Source of the DNA: an uncultured Acidobacteriota bacterium
Lineage (GTDB): Bacteria; Acidobacteriota; Thermoanaerobaculia; UBA5066
Direction: 5' to 3'
Assembly (NCBI GenBank): GCA_963779415.1
Contig: CAVZYA010000001.1
Location: forward strand, 1,120,001-1,184,000
DNA length: 64,000 nucleotides
Shown: positions 59,787 through 64,000 of the stretch, piece after piece
Numbering within the stretch: the stretch's first letter is position 1
How the letters are laid out: each line of letters starts with the position of its first letter
Translations under genes and position numbers: made by a program
The notes under the pieces: model-generated
The model's database searches: none
The model's input: the letters and a program-made list of their open reading frames with translations, nothing else
Told to the model about the DNA's origin: nothing

Positions 59787-62700
59787 ATGTCGGAAAATCC
59801 GGCGACCCCCGAGGGCGTAACGGGCGAGGAAACCGACCTGACCACGGGGGAAGTCCGCCTCCGGCGGATGGTGGACGAATCCCCGACGATCACATGGACG
59901 GTGGACACGGCCCTTCGTTTCACCTCCTCCCTCGGGGCGGGACTCGTCTCGCTGGGTCTGAAGCCCGGCGAGGTGGTCGGCCAGACGCTGTTCGACTTCT
60001 TCGGCACCCGGGACCCGGAGTTCCCGGCCGTCGCCGCGGCGCGCCGGGCCCTCGCCGGTGAGACCGTCTCGTTCGAGATCACGTACGCCGGCCGGCGATT
60101 CCGGACCCGGGTCGCGCCGATGAAGGGCCCCGACGGCAGCATCGCGGGCTGCCTCGGAACTTCCCTCGACGTCACGGAGACGTTCGGGCTGTCGCAGATT
60201 CTGAAGAGGCGCGAGGCCTTCGAGCAGCTCCTGCTCGGCATCACGACGGCTCTCGTCCGTGCTCCGACGGCGGGCCTCGACGGCGAGATCGTGCGGGTGC
60301 TCGAGCGGGTCGGGACGAGCCTCGGTGCGCCGGAAGCCGTCGTCTGGCTCCTTTCGGAGGACGGCACGCGGCTCCTTCCCCGCTTCGCGTGGGAACGGCA
60401 GGGCGGCCGCGGGAGCGCGCCGGCTCCGATTCACTCCCGCCGTCTCGAATGGCTTCTCTCGAGGTTCGAGTCCGGGGGTGCCGTGATCATGCAGGGAGCA
60501 TCCGGCCTGCCGGGTGGCGCCAACGGAGATGGGGAGATCGCGCGGGGGGCCCCGTCGGTCGCCGTCGTTCCCCTCCGGTCGGAGCAGACGCTCCTCGGGT
60601 TTCTCGCCTTGCCGGCCTCCCCCGCCGCAACGACGTGGCCGCCCGATCTCGTCGCGGCGCTTCCGCTCCTCGGCGAGATCCTCGGGCATGCGCTCGAGCG
60701 CCGTCGCGCCGCCGCCCTGCAGGGAGCGCTGGACCGGATCGCCGCGGCGGCGAGCGGATCCGCCGACCTCGGCAGCCTCCTTGCGACGATCCACGCGACC
60801 GTCGAGGACCTCATCGAGGCCCGGAACTTCTACGTCGCGCTCTGGGACGCCGAAGCCCGGCTCCTCCACTTCCCCTATTTCGCCGACGAGTTCGACCCGG
60901 CCCCCGCTCCAAAGCCGCTGGGGCGCGGGCTGACCGAGCACGTGATCCGGACGGGCGAGCCCCTTCTCGCCTCCCCCGAGGTCTTCGAGACGCTCATCGC
61001 CTCGGGCGACGTGGAGCTGATCGGCGCGCCGTCGCTCGACTGGCTCGGCGTCCCCCTGAAGGCCGGCGAAGAGACCTTCGGCGCCCTCGTCGTCCAGAGC
61101 TACGACCGCGAGACGCGTTTCGGCGACCGGGAGCTTCGGCTCCTCTCCGCTGTGGGACGCCATGTCGAGGCGGCCCTCCGGAGGCGGAGCGCGGAGGTAG
61201 CCCTTCGGCGTTCCGTCTCGCTCCTCGAATCGACGCTCGAGTCGACGGCCGACGGCATCCTCGTCGTCGACCTCGAGGGAAAGGTCACGTCCTGGAACCG
61301 GCGCTTCGGCGAGCTCTGGAGGATTCCGCCCGGATTGCTGGCGAGGCGAGAAGACGCCGCGTTGCTCGAGTCGGTCCTCGGCCAGCTCGAGAACGCGGAG
61401 GCCTTCCTCGCGAAGGTGCGCGAGCTCTACGCGCAGCCGGAAGCCGAGAGCTTCGACGTCCTCCGGTTCCGGGACGGACGCGTCCTCGAGCGCCTCTCCG
61501 TTCCTCAGCGCCTCGACGGAAAGGCCGTGGGGCGCGTCTGGAGCTTCCGCGACGTTTCAGAGAGGGTCCGTGCCGAGGCCCAGATCGAGCATCAGGCGTA
61601 TCACGACGCGCTGACGGGGCTTCCGAACCGCCTCCTTTTGAACGACCACCTCGAGCTCGCCCTCGCGCAGCTCGAGCGGGGCGGGAGCCCCTTCGCCGTC
61701 CTCTTCCTCGACATCGACCGGTTCAAGCCGGTGAACGACTCGCTCGGCCACGCCGTCGGAGACCGCCTCCTGAAGGCGGCCGGGGAGCGCCTCCGGGCCG
61801 CCACCCGCGCGGGCGACACCGTGGCCCGCGTCGGCGGGGACGAGTTCGTCCTCCTCCTCGCCGGGCTGTCGAAGGAGAACGTCGGCGCCGCCGCCCAGAA
61901 GATCCTCGAGGCCTTCGCCGAGCCGTACTCCGTCGACACGCATCCCATCTACGTGACGACGAGCATCGGCATCGCGATGGCTCCCGGCGACGGCGAGGAC
62001 TCCCAGACCCTCCTGAAGAACGCCGACAGCGCCCTCTACCGGGCCAAGGAGCTGGGGCGGAACAACTGCCAGTTCTGCACGCCCGAGCTGACGACCGCCG
62101 TGCGGGAGCGCGCCCAGATGGAGTCGGGCCTCCGGAAGGCGCTTCACGAGGAGCAGTTCCGCCTCCACTATCAGCCCCAGGTCCACCTCGCGACGCGCCA
62201 GATCGTCGGGATCGAGGCCCTTCTCCGCTGGGAGCAGCCCGGCCGCGGCCTCGTCGGCGCCGCCGAGTTCATCCCCGTGGCCGAGGAATCGCGCCTCATC
62301 GTGCCGATCGGGGCGTGGGCGCTCCAGACGTCGTGCCGCTTCGCGGCGAAGCTGGAGCGGCGTTCGACCCGCCGGATCCGGATCGCCGTGAATCTCTCCG
62401 CCCGCCAGTTCGCCCGCGGCGATCTCGTGACGACGGTCGAGGACGCCCTCACGGTGAGCGGCCTTTCGCCGCGCCTTCTCGAGCTCGAGATCACGGAGAG
62501 CGTCGCCATGAGCGACGTCGAGCAGACGACATCGACGCTCCGCCGCCTTCGCGAGCTCGGCGCCTCCATCGTCCTGGACGACTTCGGGATGGGACACTCC
62601 TCGCTCTCGTACCTCAAGCGCTTCCCGTTCGACGCGCTCAAGATCGACCGCTCCTTCGTCCGCGAGATCCCCGGAAGCGGCCCCGACGCCGCTCTCGTCC

Positions 62701-62882
62701 AGGCGATCGTGAAGATGGCGGGGAGTCTCTCGCTGAGGGTCATCGCCGAAGGGGTGGAGCGCGAGGACCAGGCCGCCTTCCTGCAGGATCTCGGCTGCCC
62801 GCTCGCGCAGGGCTTCCTCTTCCACCGCCCGCTTCCCCCCGCGGACGCGGAGGCTCTCGTCGCGGGAGCGGCTCAGGGGTAG
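59787..62882 (+). CDS. PAS-GAF-GAF-PAS-GGDEF-EAL c-di-GMP enzyme
   Basis: [31 protein letters not shown]. Confidence 0.95.
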   Translation: MSENPATPEGVTGEETDLTTGEVRLRRMVDESPTITWTVDTALRFTSSLGAGLVSLGLKPGEVVGQTLFDFFGTRDPEFPAVAAARRALAGETVSFEITYAGRRFRTRVAPMKGPDGSIAGCLGTSLDVTETFGLSQILKRREAFEQLLLGITTALVRAPTAGLDGEIVRVLERVGTSLGAPEAVVWLLSEDGTRLLPRFAWERQGGRGSAPAPIHSRRLEWLLSRFESGGAVIMQGASGLPGGANGDGEIARGAPSVAVVPLRSEQTLLGFLALPASPAATTWPPDLVAALPLLGEILGHALERRRAAALQGALDRIAAAASGSADLGSLLATIHATVEDLIEARNFYVALWDAEARLLHFPYFADEFDPAPAPKPLGRGLTEHVIRTGEPLLASPEVFETLIASGDVELIGAPSLDWLGVPLKAGEETFGALVVQSYDRETRFGDRELRLLSAVGRHVEAALRRRSAEVALRRSVSLLESTLESTADGILVVDLEGKVTSWNRRFGELWRIPPGLLARREDAALLESVLGQLENAEAFLAKVRELYAQPEAESFDVLRFRDGRVLERLSVPQRLDGKAVGRVWSFRDVSERVRAEAQIEHQAYHDALTGLPNRLLLNDHLELALAQLERGGSPFAVLFLDIDRFKPVNDSLGHAVGDRLLKAAGERLRAATRAGDTVARVGGDEFVLLLAGLSKENVGAAAQKILEAFAEPYSVDTHPIYVTTSIGIAMAPGDGEDSQTLLKNADSALYRAKELGRNNCQFCTPELTTAVRERAQMESGLRKALHEEQFRLHYQPQVHLATRQIVGIEALLRWEQPGRGLVGAAEFIPVAEESRLIVPIGAWALQTSCRFAAKLERRSTRRIRIAVNLSARQFARGDLVTTVEDALTVSGLSPRLLELEITESVAMSDVEQTTSTLRRLRELGASIVLDDFGMGHSSLSYLKRFPFDALKIDRSFVREIPGSGPDAALVQAIVKMAGSLSLRVIAEGVEREDQAAFLQDLGCPLAQGFLFHRPLPPADAEALVAGAAQG

Positions 62883-64000
62883 TAGCCGCTGATCGTCCGG
62901 GCCACGAGGCTCGCGGGCTTCATCTTCACCTCGATCTTCCGCCACGCGTTGCCCGGAGTCCTGTTCTGGGGAAGGTAGGAGAGGAGGTACTGGCTCCGGA
63001 GCTCCTCGTTGATCTCGGCGTAGATGCGGGCGACTCCCATCGCGTCGCTCACGAAGTAGGCGGCCCCCCCCGTCTCGCGCCCCAGCTTCGAGAGCTTCGC
63101 GCGGACCGTGAGCTGCGTCCCCGGGATCTTCAGGCCGATGAAGTAGAGCGCGACGCCGGACTTCTTCGCGTAGTCGAGAGCCGCCTCGAACGGGAACTTC
63201 GACGAGCGGTCCTCGCCGTCGGTCAGGATCACGTAGGCCTTCCGGCCGCGGACGCCCTGGAACTGGAAGAGGCCGTAGACGATGGCGTCCCAGAGAGCGG
63301 TCGAGCCGTGCGCCCGCATCCCCGCCATCGCCTGCGCGAGGCGGTCCCGGTCGGTGGTGAAGCGGACGACGAGCTGCGGCTCGTTGTCGAAGTTCAGGAG
63401 GAAAGAGCGGTCCCGCGGCGTCATGACGTCCTTGAGGAACTCGTTCGCCGCCTTCTGCGCCTCGACGAGCGATTCCTCCATGGATCCCGACGTGTCGATC
63501 CCGATGCCGATCGAGAGCGGGAGGTTCGTGACGACCTCGAACCCGTCGAGCGTCTGGGGCACGCCGTCCTCGAGAATCGTGAACTGTTCCTTCGAGAGGC
63601 CGGTGACGGGCTTTCCCTTCGCGAGGACCGACGTGTAGAGCTCCACCGCCTGGACGCGCTCCTCCGTCAGGTACTTCGGGGCGTTGTAGTAGCGGAGGTC
63701 CTCCGTCTTCGTGCCGTCGGTCAGCGTCGCCACGACGCGGAGGAAACCGAGGTCCTTCGACTTCGGGACGTCCACGACCTTCGCCCACGGCGGCGCCCTG
63801 AGGACGGCCGCGCGCGTCTCGTTGACGAAGAACTCCACCTCCTGAAGCTCCTTCGTCTCGGGAACCGCGAGGTCGGCCACGAGGCGGACCGGCCCCGCCA
63901 GCTTCACCCCTTTCTCGGGGGCCGTGATCCGGATCCGGAACGCTTCGCGCCCCTCGTTCAGGATCATCTCGTCTTCCCCGAGGACCTTCCCTTCCTTCGA
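62873..64000 (-). CDS. VWA-domain protein (VWFA-related acidobacterial type), 5' end outside window
   Basis: DTSGS MIDAS, TALWDA, LTDGED, ETGG, LRSQY. Confidence 0.88.
   Translation of the reverse strand, partial: SKEGKVLGEDEMILNEGREAFRIRITAPEKGVKLAGPVRLVADLAVPETKELQEVEFFVNETRAAVLRAPPWAKVVDVPKSKDLGFLRVVATLTDGTKTEDLRYYNAPKYLTEERVQAVELYTSVLAKGKPVTGLSKEQFTILEDGVPQTLDGFEVVTNLPLSIGIGIDTSGSMEESLVEAQKAANEFLKDVMTPRDRSFLLNFDNEPQLVVRFTTDRDRLAQAMAGMRAHGSTALWDAIVYGLFQFQGVRGRKAYVILTDGEDRSSKFPFEAALDYAKKSGVALYFIGLKIPGTQLTVRAKLSKLGRETGGAAYFVSDAMGVARIYAEINEELRSQYLLSYLPQNRTPGNAWRKIEVKMKPASLVARTISGYYP

Overview
High-GC bacterial chromosome segment. Gene content (VWFA-related protein, DUF4388 protein, wHTH-PD40 protein, AroD-AroE fusion) suggests Acidobacteriota; this is inference. 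Most of the window is housekeeping: ribF, rimO, asnS, cysS, def, acpS, dacB, mpg, corA, ade, maf, an M16 peptidase pair and c-di-GMP enzymes. Main observations: (1) A ~15-kb translationally coupled aroDE-hisZG-hisD-C-B-H-A-F/IE-trpE-G-D-CF-B-A supraoperon sits behind an unannotated 11-aa leader peptide, MLALHWHGHHN (4 His + 1 Trp), with a full set of alternative hairpins and a terminator, i.e. a candidate single attenuator sensing both His and Trp. (2) An exact 12-mer, GGGGTCAGGTCT, occurs four times, always at edges of toxin-antitoxin cassettes, together with a RAYT/Y1-transposase remnant and short duplications of host gene ends, suggesting integrase-free, REP-like-end-bounded TA cassettes. 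(3) A candidate ECF-sigma-dependent sRNA lies at ~56260-56390. (4) mpg carries an in-frame palindromic insertion, and several core genes have AT-shifted patches, with TTCTTAGAAGG recurring in hisA and hisD. Many single frameshifts, including one in essential cysS, look like sequencing indels. I saw no rRNA, tRNA or CRISPR array.
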